Positions 50,984 to 60,215 of a DNA stretch of 64,000 nucleotides are shown here, one piece after another. A program made the position numbers and the translations under genes. The first letter of the stretch is position 1, and every line of letters starts with the position of its first letter. Location: assembly GCA_035574235.1 (NCBI GenBank), contig DATLZA010000060.1, positions 2,231 to 66,230 of the forward strand. Reading direction: 5' to 3'. The notes beneath the pieces were generated by a model, which saw only the letters and a program-made list of their open reading frames with translations, was not told the origin of the DNA and did no database searches. The stretch is from Planctomycetota bacterium (GTDB taxonomy: Bacteria > Planctomycetota > MHYJ01 > JACPRB01).

Positions 50984-52105
50984 TCAGGCGGCCCGCGTCG
51001 CCGGCGGACGCCGCATCGCGTACCGGATCCAGAAGTAGACGTGGGGATCGAGAATGTCGAGCTCCCGCGATTCGGCGTCCCACTCCACGGGGCGGTGCTC
51101 GGGATTTTCGAAGATCTCGTTCCACTGGTTGAGCGCGCCGAGCAGATCGGGTTTCTCGCCCTGCACCAGACGGGCCGCGCGCTCCCGCAGCTCCTCGTAG
51201 CCGAACTTCATCCGCGGCGGGTCCAGAGCGATCGCCCGCGTCAGCACTTCGTACACGTCGCCGCGATCCTCGTCGGAGAACCCGTAGACCTTGCGCTCCG
51301 GGCCGCGCCGCCGCGGCCCCTGCCGGAGCTTGGCGAGAACCGTGTCGTTGACGTAGGAGCGCGCCGCCCGATCCAGGACGGCCCGCCGGTCGATCTCTCC
51401 AAGCCCGAACGCCCGCGGCGGCCCCTCTCCCGAAACTCCCAGAACGCGGCACGTTTCCAGGCACAGCGTGTGCATGATCTGCGGCGACGTCAGCGCTTCC
51501 TCCGCGAGCCAGGCGAGCACTTCGCCGCTCGGCCGCAGTCCGACCTTCGGGAAGCCCAGATGGCCGATCTTCATGAGATCCTGCGCCGTCCAGAACCCGA
51601 GGTCGATCGAGTAGACGCGACCGCTCAGATCCGGATTGGAACGGACGGGATCGTCCTCCCGGTGGGGCAGGCTCAGGATCACGACCGTGACGCCTTCGTA
51701 GGCGGCGCGCTTGATCTGGCGGCAGATCTCGCGCTGAACCTCCCGATCCACGTAGTGGAAGTCGTCCAGCACCAGCGGCAGACGGCGCCGCCGGAGCGCC
51801 TGAAGCGCGTACTCCATCGGATTGACGCGCACGCTCTGCGTCAGGCGCCCCCCCGCCTGGTCGAAGGCCTGCATCCAGAGATCCTCGGGCCCCCGGATGC
51901 GGCCGCCGGGAATCACGACCTGGTCGCGCCCGAAGCGGCGCTCGCAGAGCGTGGTCTTTCCGGTCTTGGAGGCCCCCACGATCGAGACGATCTTGCCGGG
52001 CTGCGCGAGCGCCTCGTCGAGCTGGCGCTCGAACTTGCCTCCCTGCGGAGCGACGTAGGTCTGCGCGGGAAATCCGTCCGGGATGAAAACGTCTACAGGA
52101 CGCAT
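50984..52105 (-). CDS. P-loop NTPase (AAA/ATP-binding) protein of unknown function
   Basis: Walker A GASKTGKTT and Walker B LPLVLDDFH. The C-terminal ~170 aa are unassigned. Confidence 0.6.
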   Translation of the reverse strand: MRPVDVFIPDGFPAQTYVAPQGGKFERQLDEALAQPGKIVSIVGASKTGKTTLCERRFGRDQVVIPGGRIRGPEDLWMQAFDQAGGRLTQSVRVNPMEYALQALRRRRLPLVLDDFHYVDREVQREICRQIKRAAYEGVTVVILSLPHREDDPVRSNPDLSGRVYSIDLGFWTAQDLMKIGHLGFPKVGLRPSGEVLAWLAEEALTSPQIMHTLCLETCRVLGVSGEGPPRAFGLGEIDRRAVLDRAARSYVNDTVLAKLRQGPRRRGPERKVYGFSDEDRGDVYEVLTRAIALDPPRMKFGYEELRERAARLVQGEKPDLLGALNQWNEIFENPEHRPVEWDAESRELDILDPHVYFWIRYAMRRPPATRAA

Positions 52106-52166
52106 GCCGAGGGGCCGGCCGCCCCCTGAGTGAGCCCGCGGGGCGCCCGGGAGTTACGGCCGGGGT

Positions 52167-53519
52167 TCAGCGCCGTTCGACGAACTCGGCCGATCCCCCC
52201 GAGGCGGGAGGTTCGCCTTCCACGCGCACGTCTCCGAGCACGTTGGCCCCTCCGTGCGACGGATCCCAGACGCCCTCGTTGGCCAGCCGGATCGCGTACT
52301 CGGCGCGTTCGGCCAGGGAGGGCGCCTCGTCCGGCAAACGCAGCGCCAGCCGGTAGACCCCGGGAGCCAGCGTCCGCGGCAGCGCCAGGCGCGCCGCCAG
52401 CGCGATCTCGGCCCCCGGTTCCCACCGGCGGGGATCGACCGAAGCCAGCCGGGCCGCCCGGCGGCTTCCTCCGCCGATCAGAACCGCCTCGACCGGCCGC
52501 CGGTTGAACGGCGCGGCGAAGCCGACGTTGCGGATCCGGGCCGAAAGCCGGAGTTCCCCGCCCGGGGGCGCCTTCCCGGTCCAGGTCGCCTCCCGCAGGA
52601 CCAGCCGGTACCCCAGGCGCTTTCGGACGGCGCCGTCATACCCCTGCTCCCGCCAGGCGCGGCGGACGTCGTCCGAATACCGCCAGTGCAGAAACGATCC
52701 GCGCAAAAGTTCAAGCTCGGTCACGAACTCGGCTCCGGTTCCGCGCGGCGGCCCGTCGGTGGTCTCGAATCCCACGGGAACGAACCGCGCGTCCTGCGCC
52801 AGCCATTCCTTCCAGGTCCGCACCGGCTCCTCGTACGTCCCCATGTCGTTGGGGCCGGAAAAGAAGGCGTCGTTGTGGTGTCCGACGCGGGCGCGGGGGG
52901 TGGGTTGAAACGCCTCCCCCGGAGTCAGGGGCCCGCCGACGCTTTCCTGCTTGAAGCGAGGAGTGCGGACCTGGACCGAACGCGACGCCGGCAGCGCCGC
53001 CAGGATCGCCTTCAGGATATCCCGCCGGTGCTCCGGAGCGTCCAGCCCGTGGGTCGAACCGTGCCATTCGCCCCAGGCGCCGATGAAGCCGGCCTGGAGC
53101 ACGGCGATGACGTCCTGGTGGGTTTCCAGGACGGGCTTGAGCTGCGAAAGATGGGCCAGAACGACCGCCTTCGGCGCGTCCGGCCGTCCCAGGTTCTCGC
53201 TGTAATAAAACCGGAGGACCACTTTGATTCCGGCGGCCCGGACCGACCGGAACCCTTCCCCGAGCCGCGCCAGAAACTCCTCCGGAATCGGTCCGCCGCG
53301 CCAGTCCGCCAGACACACCCCCGCATAAGCGAGCGCGATTCCCCGGGTTCTCAGGAATTCCCAGGGCCGGGGCTTGAGCAGATCGATGAAGTAAATCATG
53401 CCCCGCTCGGGATTGGGAAAGTCTTCTTCCGAAGGAGCGAACGTGCGGGTTATCTCGTCGCCGGAAACGGGGGCCGTCAGAATCGCGGCCGCAAGACAGA
53501 ATACCGCGGCGGGCGGCAC
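52167..53519 (-). CDS. DUF4874/DUF4832-type glycoside-hydrolase-like protein, secreted
   Basis: FPNPERGM..., LRFYYS, GFIGAWGEWH and VGHHNDAF motifs characteristic of the DUF4874+DUF4832 pairing. Confidence 0.6.
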   Translation of the reverse strand: MPPAAVFCLAAAILTAPVSGDEITRTFAPSEEDFPNPERGMIYFIDLLKPRPWEFLRTRGIALAYAGVCLADWRGGPIPEEFLARLGEGFRSVRAAGIKVVLRFYYSENLGRPDAPKAVVLAHLSQLKPVLETHQDVIAVLQAGFIGAWGEWHGSTHGLDAPEHRRDILKAILAALPASRSVQVRTPRFKQESVGGPLTPGEAFQPTPRARVGHHNDAFFSGPNDMGTYEEPVRTWKEWLAQDARFVPVGFETTDGPPRGTGAEFVTELELLRGSFLHWRYSDDVRRAWREQGYDGAVRKRLGYRLVLREATWTGKAPPGGELRLSARIRNVGFAAPFNRRPVEAVLIGGGSRRAARLASVDPRRWEPGAEIALAARLALPRTLAPGVYRLALRLPDEAPSLAERAEYAIRLANEGVWDPSHGGANVLGDVRVEGEPPASGGSAEFVERR

Positions 53520-53549
53520 GCTCTCATTTTAAGGACCGTCCTCTCGGTT

Positions 53550-54416
53550 TCAAGCCCGCGGCCCCGACGCATCCCGAGAGACCGGACCCCGTCTCTCCTC
53601 GCCAAGCACCTCCAGCACCGCCCGGTTCCATCCCTCGGGACCGGCGCCGTCCGCCCGCCGCAAGCCGGGCACCTGCGCCGCCAGCTCGGAATCGAAGCTC
53701 CCGTCCGGTTTCCGAACCGCCACGGGCACGTCCACGGCCGAAAGAAGCGGGAGATCGTTCGGGCTGTCTCCGAGTCCGAGGGTGCGGATCGGCCCGAGCT
53801 TGCGCTCGAAGAGTTCCCGGAGGAGGCGGACCGCGCGGCCCTTGTCCGTGGCGCCGTGAAGGTGCCAGTAGCGCCCGCCCCGGGTGATGCGGAGCCCCCG
53901 CGACGCGGCCCACGCGGCCAGACCCGCCGCATGCCGCTCCTCGTCGGCCAGGAAACGGAAGGGCTCGTCGAATTCGCGCCGGGCGGCCAGCCGCGCCAGT
54001 TCCAGCGGAAGATTCGTTTCGCGGGCCACCTCCTCGGGGGTCATGTCGCTGAAGCCTCGGACCGCTCCGCCGGTTCGACGCTTGAGCTCGGCGAAGGCCT
54101 CGAGGATCCGTTCCCGGCCGCAGGACAGGGGCAGCAGCGCGTACGTTCCGCGATCCTCCCAGGGGGCCGCCCGTTCGTCGAAGTACCCGCGGGGCGCCCC
54201 GACGGCCGCGCCGTCTTCGGGAACGAAGGGATCCGGGAATCCGAGAAGCGCCTGGACATGGAGGATCTCGGCGGCGGTTTTGGAGCTGCACGGCACGAGG
54301 GGGATCCCGCGCCGCCGGAGCTCGGCCAGCGCCGGCCGGGCCGCCTCGAACGAATAGGTGCGCGCCTCCAGAAGGGTGGCGTCGAGATCCGTGAAGACGA
54401 CCCAGCGGGCGCTCAT
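53550..54416 (-). CDS. HAD-IIB phosphatase of the mannosyl-3-phosphoglycerate phosphatase (MpgP/YedP) family
   Basis: VVFTDLDATLL (DxD nucleophile), CSSKT and GLGDSPNDLPLL motifs. The ATG at 54416 overlaps the upstream stop. Confidence 0.8.
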   Translation of the reverse strand: MSARWVVFTDLDATLLEARTYSFEAARPALAELRRRGIPLVPCSSKTAAEILHVQALLGFPDPFVPEDGAAVGAPRGYFDERAAPWEDRGTYALLPLSCGRERILEAFAELKRRTGGAVRGFSDMTPEEVARETNLPLELARLAARREFDEPFRFLADEERHAAGLAAWAASRGLRITRGGRYWHLHGATDKGRAVRLLRELFERKLGPIRTLGLGDSPNDLPLLSAVDVPVAVRKPDGSFDSELAAQVPGLRRADGAGPEGWNRAVLEVLGEERRGPVSRDASGPRA

Positions 54417-55648
54417 CCCGCGCGCTCCCAGCGCTCCAGAAGCGTGGGCTTGAGCTCCTCGAAAAGCCGGGCCTGCTCGTCCACCAGCCGGTCGGCCTGG
54501 GCGGTCGTCATGTCCCGGGTTTCCTGGACGAATCCCGCCACGCGTCCGAAGTAGAGCGGCACGAGCATCTCGACGAGCTGCGGGCGGTCGCCGGACCAGC
54601 GCTGGAAGGCGGTGGCGAAGTCGTAGACGACGTGGACCCAGAGCTCGGGCGGAAAGCTCCACTGTTCCGGTTCCTGCCGGGCGATCTCCTGGAGGCGGGC
54701 GAACCGCTCCTCGCCCACGACCTGGCGCCACACGGCCCCGAAGTGCTCCAGCCCTTCGCGGTACCGCCGGCAGAGGCTGGGCAGGGAGACCTCGACGGGC
54801 TCGGGCTCGATCTCCTTGACGGCGCCCACGAGAGGGACCGGCTCGCTGCCGCGGATGTTTTTCCACACGCTCTCGTAGCGCTTCATCATTCCGAAGAGGG
54901 TGCCGACGACCTGGCGGAACATGGGTCCCAGATGCGCCGCCGGATCCTTGGGATCGTGGATCTTGCTCCCCAGGAAGGTTTCGCAGACGCGCATGCCTTC
55001 GCAGATCGCGATCGTCGTCATCCAGATGTCGATGCCGAATTTCGCGACGTCGGTTTCCCAGACGTCCTCCTGGGTGAGGCGCTTCATCATGCGGGGAGAA
55101 AGCCCGAAGTCGCCGCCGATGGGCTGGCGGAGGCGCTTGCCGTAGAGGGCCTGGGTCAGGGAGCGGGCGATGTGGTTGGTGATCGTGGCGTCGTACTTGT
55201 GGCGCACGTAGAAGGGGCTGACGAAATCGTATCCTTCGGTCAGGACGGGTTCGACGACGGAGCGGACCCACTCCGGAGTGATGGAGCGCAGGTCGCTGTC
55301 GAAGACGGCGCAGGCCTTGGCTTCCAGAAGGAGCGCGCCCTCGAAGATGCAGCGGAGGCTGGTGCCCTTGCCCGGGACTCCGCGGTAGATCGTCACCACC
55401 TTGTCCACGCCGCGCGCGAGCTTGGTCTTCTGGGCCACCTCGCGGGTGTAGTCGGTCGAGCCGCCGTCGGAAACGATGAGGAGCAGGGCCTTGCCGGGGA
55501 AATACGTGCTCAGCCCCTCCGCCGCGGCCTTCATGACGTGGGAGATGGTGCGCTCGCTGTTGAAGGCGGGGATGCCGACGACGACGTCGGCCCAGCCGAT
55601 TTCGGTGAGCCGGTTCCGGGCCCACTCCCGAAGCGCGGTGTCGAGCAT
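54413..55648 (-). CDS. GT-A fold glycosyltransferase (GT2-like), candidate second sugar-transfer step of the cluster
   Basis: VVVGIPAFNSERTI...VSDGGSTD...FDSDL motifs, with a C-terminal helical domain. Confidence 0.65.
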   Translation of the reverse strand: MLDTALREWARNRLTEIGWADVVVGIPAFNSERTISHVMKAAAEGLSTYFPGKALLLIVSDGGSTDYTREVAQKTKLARGVDKVVTIYRGVPGKGTSLRCIFEGALLLEAKACAVFDSDLRSITPEWVRSVVEPVLTEGYDFVSPFYVRHKYDATITNHIARSLTQALYGKRLRQPIGGDFGLSPRMMKRLTQEDVWETDVAKFGIDIWMTTIAICEGMRVCETFLGSKIHDPKDPAAHLGPMFRQVVGTLFGMMKRYESVWKNIRGSEPVPLVGAVKEIEPEPVEVSLPSLCRRYREGLEHFGAVWRQVVGEERFARLQEIARQEPEQWSFPPELWVHVVYDFATAFQRWSGDRPQLVEMLVPLYFGRVAGFVQETRDMTTAQADRLVDEQARLFEELKPTLLERWERAG

Positions 55649-56856
55649 TCCTTGTTGTCCTCCTCCACGGCGTTGCGCAGCCGATCCAGGAATTCCGGGA
55701 TCGCGCTGGTGACGCGGTTCCAGTTCGGAATCAGCGGCGTGCCCAGGGGGTCGTCCAGCACCGCCCGGGCCGCCGCGTCGATCGAGACGGCGAACGTTTC
55801 CACGGCGATGCCCTCGGCGTGGCGGTCGAAGTGCAGCCCGTTGATGAGGGCGTCGTCGTTGTACTTGCGGATGGCTTCCTGGGCTTCCCGCAGGTAGGCG
55901 GCCTTCACGCTCTTGAAGAAGCCGTCGGAGATCGCCACCCCCTCGCTGGCGAGCGTGCGGAAGAGGTGCTTGGCGATGTCCGTGGCCATGCGGTGCAGCC
56001 CCGCCTCCGGATTGTCCTTGGAAAGGTCCTGATGCTTGTGGTCGTAGGTCTCGCAGATGTCCACCTCGCAGATCCGTCGGGGAGCGCAGTTGCGGAAGAC
56101 CTCGGAGAGAACCCCCACTTCCAGGCCCCAGTCGCTGGGGATGCTGATGATGCGCGCGAGGTCCGTGGTCATGGCGAACTCGCCCGCGAGGGGATACCGG
56201 AAGCTGTCCAGGAACACGAGGATGGGCAGGTATCCGGCCAGCTTCTGCAGGGTCCGCACCAGCGGCGTCATGAAAAGCCGCGTCACCCGACCGTTGAAGC
56301 GGTCCGTCACGCGCGCGTAGTAGCCCTTGGCGAATTCGTAGGACATGCTGGTGTTGGCGACCGGGTAGCACAGGCGGGCCAGAAGCTCCCGGGAGTAGGT
56401 CAGGATGTCGCAGTCGTGCAGGGCGATGGCGTAGCTCTTCTCGTCGGAGAGGATGTAGCCCATGCCCATCCAGACGGAGCGCCCCTTGCCGCGCGGCCCG
56501 GCGGAGATGTTGTTCTGCGCCAGGAGCTGATAGAGCTCCGCCATCCGCGGTCCGTCGTTCCAGATGATGCGGGTGGGCGTGGGCATGTCCCGGAAGAACT
56601 CCTGCGTGCGGCGGAACTGCGCCTCGTCGGCCCGGTCCAGGACGAGCACGATCTGGCGCAGGTACTTCACCTGCTTGAGGTGCTCGACGATGCGGGGCAT
56701 GGCGGGCCCCTCGAATTCGGACCAGAGGCTCGGAAGCAGCAGCGTCACCGGCTGCTGGCGCTGGAACTTCTTGAGCTCCGCCTCCATCTTCTCGAGCTTG
56801 GTGCCGGGAAAGCGGTGCAGCGTGCTGATGACGCCGGTCTGGTAGAAGTCGCTCAC
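55531..56856 (-). CDS. gpgS: Glucosyl-3-phosphoglycerate synthase-like glycosyltransferase (GT81-like)
   Basis: GKGRSVWMGMGY..., HDCDILTY, GRVTRLFMTPL and PLAGEFAMT...WGLEVGVL parallel the GpgS motifs GKGEALW, DSDL, GGRVTEL and PLSGEYA...GYGVEIG. The ORF's low-complexity tail overlaps the next gene by 118 nt, so the true 3' end or the neighbour's start is uncertain. Confidence 0.65.
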   Translation of the reverse strand: MSDFYQTGVISTLHRFPGTKLEKMEAELKKFQRQQPVTLLLPSLWSEFEGPAMPRIVEHLKQVKYLRQIVLVLDRADEAQFRRTQEFFRDMPTPTRIIWNDGPRMAELYQLLAQNNISAGPRGKGRSVWMGMGYILSDEKSYAIALHDCDILTYSRELLARLCYPVANTSMSYEFAKGYYARVTDRFNGRVTRLFMTPLVRTLQKLAGYLPILVFLDSFRYPLAGEFAMTTDLARIISIPSDWGLEVGVLSEVFRNCAPRRICEVDICETYDHKHQDLSKDNPEAGLHRMATDIAKHLFRTLASEGVAISDGFFKSVKAAYLREAQEAIRKYNDDALINGLHFDRHAEGIAVETFAVSIDAAARAVLDDPLGTPLIPNWNRVTSAIPEFLDRLRNAVEEDNKECSTPRFGSGPGTGSPKSAGPTSSSASPPSTASAPSPTS

Positions 56857-56907
56857 GGGAACCTCCCCTCCGGGACGGAATCCGTCCGCCGACGGACGAC
56901 TTTTATA

Positions 56908-58116
56908 TTATCGCCCGCGCTCCCGAAGCCACGTCAGGAGCACGAGCGCGTCGCGCAGATTCTGCGTGATGAGGAAATTCCGCCGGACGTGCTCGCGGCC
57001 TTCCTCGCCCATCCGCGCCGCCAGGTCCGGGTTCTCCAGGAGCGTGTAGATGCGGAAGGCGGCCCCCTCGACCGTGCTGACGAGATATCCGGTGACCTCG
57101 TGCAGCACCTGGGTGGGAATGCCTCCAGCCAGCCCGCCCACGACGGGTTTGCCCTTCCACATGGCCTCCGTGACCGTCAGCCCGAATCCTTCGCGCGTGG
57201 ATTTCTGGACGATCACCGCCGCCGCCCGCTGAAGGGCGTTGATCTCGCGATGGGCCGTGGGCGGCAGATCCAGGATGAAGATGTCGCGATCGGCTTCCGC
57301 CGCGGCCCGCACTTCCGCCAGGACCGCCGCCCCTTCGGGGTCGTCCGTGGCGCCGCCGCCCGCCAGAACGAGCGTGCAGTCCACGTGACGGCGCAGAAGC
57401 TTGAAGGCCTTGATGACCCCGACCGGGTCCTTGAAGCGGTCGAACCGCGACACCTGCAGCACCATGGGGCGGTCGGGCGGAATCCCCAGACGCTCGACGG
57501 TCGAACGCACCTCCGACTCCGAAAGCTCGATGTTCTTCTCGGAAAGGGGATCGATCGATGGATACTCGACGATCTGGGGAATCGACAGCCGGCGGGCGAA
57601 CTTGGGAAGGGTGAAGATCGCCGCGTCGTACCGGACGACGTACGAGCGCAGGAACTCCCAGAATTCGCGGTCCGGGTGCGAAAGGTCGATATGGCATCTC
57701 CAGATCCAGGAGGCCCCGGAACGGCGCTTCTCGACGAGCGCGGCCGGCTGGGGATCGTGAATCACCACGGCCTCCGCCCCGAGATCCATGCGCTCCGCGT
57801 TGGCGCGCACGCAGTCGAGGTAAATCTGCCGCATCTGGGGCGTCAGCAGAATCCCGCGGCCCTGAAGCGCGTTGTGGAAGGCCTTCGTCACCGCGAAGAA
57901 TTCCTCGGTGCCCGCGATGACGTCCCAGCGAGGACGCAGCCCCACGTCCTCCTGAAGCGGGATCAGGCGATGCAAAATCTCCGCCACGCCCCCGCCCAGC
58001 CGCGTGGAATTGACGTGCAGAACCTCCAAGCCCCGCAGGGGCTCCGCCAGCCGATGAAGAAGATCCACCGTGCCCGGAAGGGTCACCTCCCGATAGCGCT
58101 CCAGGAGGGTCCCCAT
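56908..58116 (-). CDS. treT: Trehalose synthase TreT-like GT4 glycosyltransferase
   Basis: HVNSTRLGGGVAEIL, RWDVIAGTEEFFAVTKAFHNALQG and EGFGLTVTEAMWKGKPVV match the TreT/GT4 pattern. The ATG at 58116 overlaps the upstream stop by 1 nt. Confidence 0.7.
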   Translation of the reverse strand: MGTLLERYREVTLPGTVDLLHRLAEPLRGLEVLHVNSTRLGGGVAEILHRLIPLQEDVGLRPRWDVIAGTEEFFAVTKAFHNALQGRGILLTPQMRQIYLDCVRANAERMDLGAEAVVIHDPQPAALVEKRRSGASWIWRCHIDLSHPDREFWEFLRSYVVRYDAAIFTLPKFARRLSIPQIVEYPSIDPLSEKNIELSESEVRSTVERLGIPPDRPMVLQVSRFDRFKDPVGVIKAFKLLRRHVDCTLVLAGGGATDDPEGAAVLAEVRAAAEADRDIFILDLPPTAHREINALQRAAAVIVQKSTREGFGLTVTEAMWKGKPVVGGLAGGIPTQVLHEVTGYLVSTVEGAAFRIYTLLENPDLAARMGEEGREHVRRNFLITQNLRDALVLLTWLRERGR

Positions 58117-58769
58117 CAGGCCCCTCCCCCCGAAGCGTCCAGAACGCGCAGGAGGTCGCGGCGCAGATGCTCCAGATGGAGGCGGTACGGATTGACCCTG
58201 GCCAGCGCCGCCGCCAGCGGCGCATCCCCGAGCTCCTCGGCCACCCACGCCACCAGCGTTCCATGCCGCCGCCCCTGGCGGAACGCGTCTTCGAAGAAGT
58301 GGTAATAGAGCGCCTCGGGCGGCGCCCGGCGCAGGCCTTCCCGCAGATCCTCTCGGGTGCGGATTTCCATGCCCGCGGGCACCGCCACGACGTGCCCGCG
58401 GATGAAGTCGAAGGGATCCCCGAACAGCGCCCGCGGCGCGAACCCCAGCTCCTCGATGTGGTCCTCGATCTGGGTGACCAACTGCCGGCGCAGCGCTTCC
58501 ACGTCCGGCAGCGTGAAGGGATCCAGAACCGCCAGACGCTCGCTCAGCACCCGGTCGCGGACCTGCTCGGCCACCCAGGTGGCGAAGTCGTTGGGATACC
58601 GGTCGTGGCGGTACTTGCCGCGCAGGTAGTAGCTGTGGGTGTGGTAGTAGATCGAGGCGGCGTCCACCTCCTCGAGGTGGTCGAGCAGCTCCTGCTCGCC
58701 CCGGGCGCGGCGATTGAGGATCTCCCGAACCTCGGCGCAGGTCATCAGGACGTAGGGCTTGGGGGGCAT
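58116..58769 (-). CDS. DUF5752-like protein (commonly adjacent to TreT-type glycosyltransferases)
   Basis: IYYHTHSYYLRGKY...YPNDFATWV and ALYYHFFEDAF repeats. The family call is from memory of this context, not an HMM. Confidence 0.5.
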   Translation of the reverse strand: MPPKPYVLMTCAEVREILNRRARGEQELLDHLEEVDAASIYYHTHSYYLRGKYRHDRYPNDFATWVAEQVRDRVLSERLAVLDPFTLPDVEALRRQLVTQIEDHIEELGFAPRALFGDPFDFIRGHVVAVPAGMEIRTREDLREGLRRAPPEALYYHFFEDAFRQGRRHGTLVAWVAEELGDAPLAAALARVNPYRLHLEHLRRDLLRVLDASGGGA

Positions 58770-58832
58770 GCGCGCCGGCGCGGCCTTCGAAGCCGCCCCT
58801 GCGAGCGTTGTACCGGACCGCTCGGGGTCCCG

Positions 58833-59795
58833 TCAAGACCGATCGCCGCGCGTCACGAGCACCGGAACGGGGGCGGACTGCACGAGCCGGCTGGTCTTGG
58901 AGCCCAGAAGCGCATGGCGGAGCGCCCCGTGCCCGCGGACGCAGAGCGCCACCAGGTCCGCGCCGCGGCGCCGGACGGCGCGCAGAAACTCCTCCGGAAA
59001 CGGTCCGCGGACGAAGAGCGCCTCGGCGCCGCGAACGCCCGCGCGCTCCAGGCGCTGGGCCAGCCGTCCGAACCGCCGGACGAGATCCCTTCGCAGGCGC
59101 TCCAGCGCCCGCTCGAGGGCCAGGATCTCGGGCGTCCGCCGGACCGCCCCCCACAGGTCCGCATGAAGCCGCTCCATCTCCTCGATCTCCTGGGCGCAGT
59201 GCACCAGAAGGATGGACGCCTCCGCCTTCCGGGCCACGAACCGCGCCAGGGGAAGCGCCCGCTCGGCGGCCGCCGATCCGTCCAGGGGCACCGCGATCCG
59301 GCGGATCCCCCGGCGCGGCGGCCGAGCCCACGCGGGCACCACCAGCAGCGGGAGATCCCCATGGTGAAGGAGGTTCTCCGTCGTACCCCCGAGCAGGCGG
59401 CGGCGCAGCCTCCCGCCCCCGCGGGTGGTCACCGCCACGAGGTCGCACCGTTCGTCCCTCGCGATCTCCAGAAGCGTTCCCGCCGGGGATCCGACCCGCA
59501 CCACCGTCGAGGGACGCGGACGCAGGGACCCCGCCAGCCGGGCCAGATACTCCTCCGCGGGATCGTCGAGAAAAAGGGGCATCGACAACGCCCCTTCCGC
59601 GGACGGCGCGGCGACCGGCACGAGCACCCGCGCCAGGACCAGCTCCGCCCCGGGCGCCACCGCCCGCACCCAGGGGAGGGCCCGCTCGGCGGCCGCCGAT
59701 CCGTCCAAACCTACCAGCACGCGGCGGATCACGCCTCCATCTAACCCTTCCCGAAGCGCGGCGTCCAGCCTCGAATTCGAAACCCTTACGGCCAC
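58833..59795 (-). CDS. Universal stress protein, tandem UspA domains
   Basis: Two copies of the pattern RVLVGLDGSAAAERALP ... LLGGTTENLLHHGDLPLLVV / LLGSKTSRLVQSAPVPVLV. Confidence 0.8.
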   Translation of the reverse strand: MAVRVSNSRLDAALREGLDGGVIRRVLVGLDGSAAAERALPWVRAVAPGAELVLARVLVPVAAPSAEGALSMPLFLDDPAEEYLARLAGSLRPRPSTVVRVGSPAGTLLEIARDERCDLVAVTTRGGGRLRRRLLGGTTENLLHHGDLPLLVVPAWARPPRRGIRRIAVPLDGSAAAERALPLARFVARKAEASILLVHCAQEIEEMERLHADLWGAVRRTPEILALERALERLRRDLVRRFGRLAQRLERAGVRGAEALFVRGPFPEEFLRAVRRRGADLVALCVRGHGALRHALLGSKTSRLVQSAPVPVLVTRGDRS

Positions 59796-59866
59796 ACGAA
59801 AGACCTCGACCCGGCCGGGTCCCGCGCTATAATCCTCATCGCCGGGACCAACCGGGGGGAAGGCCC

Positions 59867-60211
59867 TTGAGCAACAAGGTGGATTTCGGCACCTCGTCGT
59901 TCAACATCCGCTCCAAGAAGATCGAAGTGCGCGGTGAAGTAGACTTTCACACCGCCCCCAAGCTTCGGGAGCAGATCCAGGCTACCCTTGAGAAGAAACC
60001 CCAGGTCCTCATCATCAACCTTTCGAAAGTTACCCGCATGGACAGCGCGGGGGTGGCGGTGCTCGTCGAAGGCATCCACATGGCGCGGCGGGAAGGCGTG
60101 ATCCTCTCCCTCCAGGACGTCAGCCGCGCGGCCCGATCGGTCCTGGAGCTCGCCCGCGTGGACAAGCTCTTCCAGGTGTCCGGCGGCAACTACCTGCCGC
60201 CGCCGACCTAG
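59867..60211 (+). CDS. STAS-domain protein (MlaB / anti-sigma-factor-antagonist-like)
   Basis: VRGEVDFHTAPKLREQI...LIINLSKVTRMDSAGVAVLVEG is the STAS pattern. TTG start at 59867 after GGGGGGAAGG. TATAAT at 59828-59833. Confidence 0.7.
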   Translation: MSNKVDFGTSSFNIRSKKIEVRGEVDFHTAPKLREQIQATLEKKPQVLIINLSKVTRMDSAGVAVLVEGIHMARREGVILSLQDVSRAARSVLELARVDKLFQVSGGNYLPPPT

Positions 60212-60215
60212 ACGC

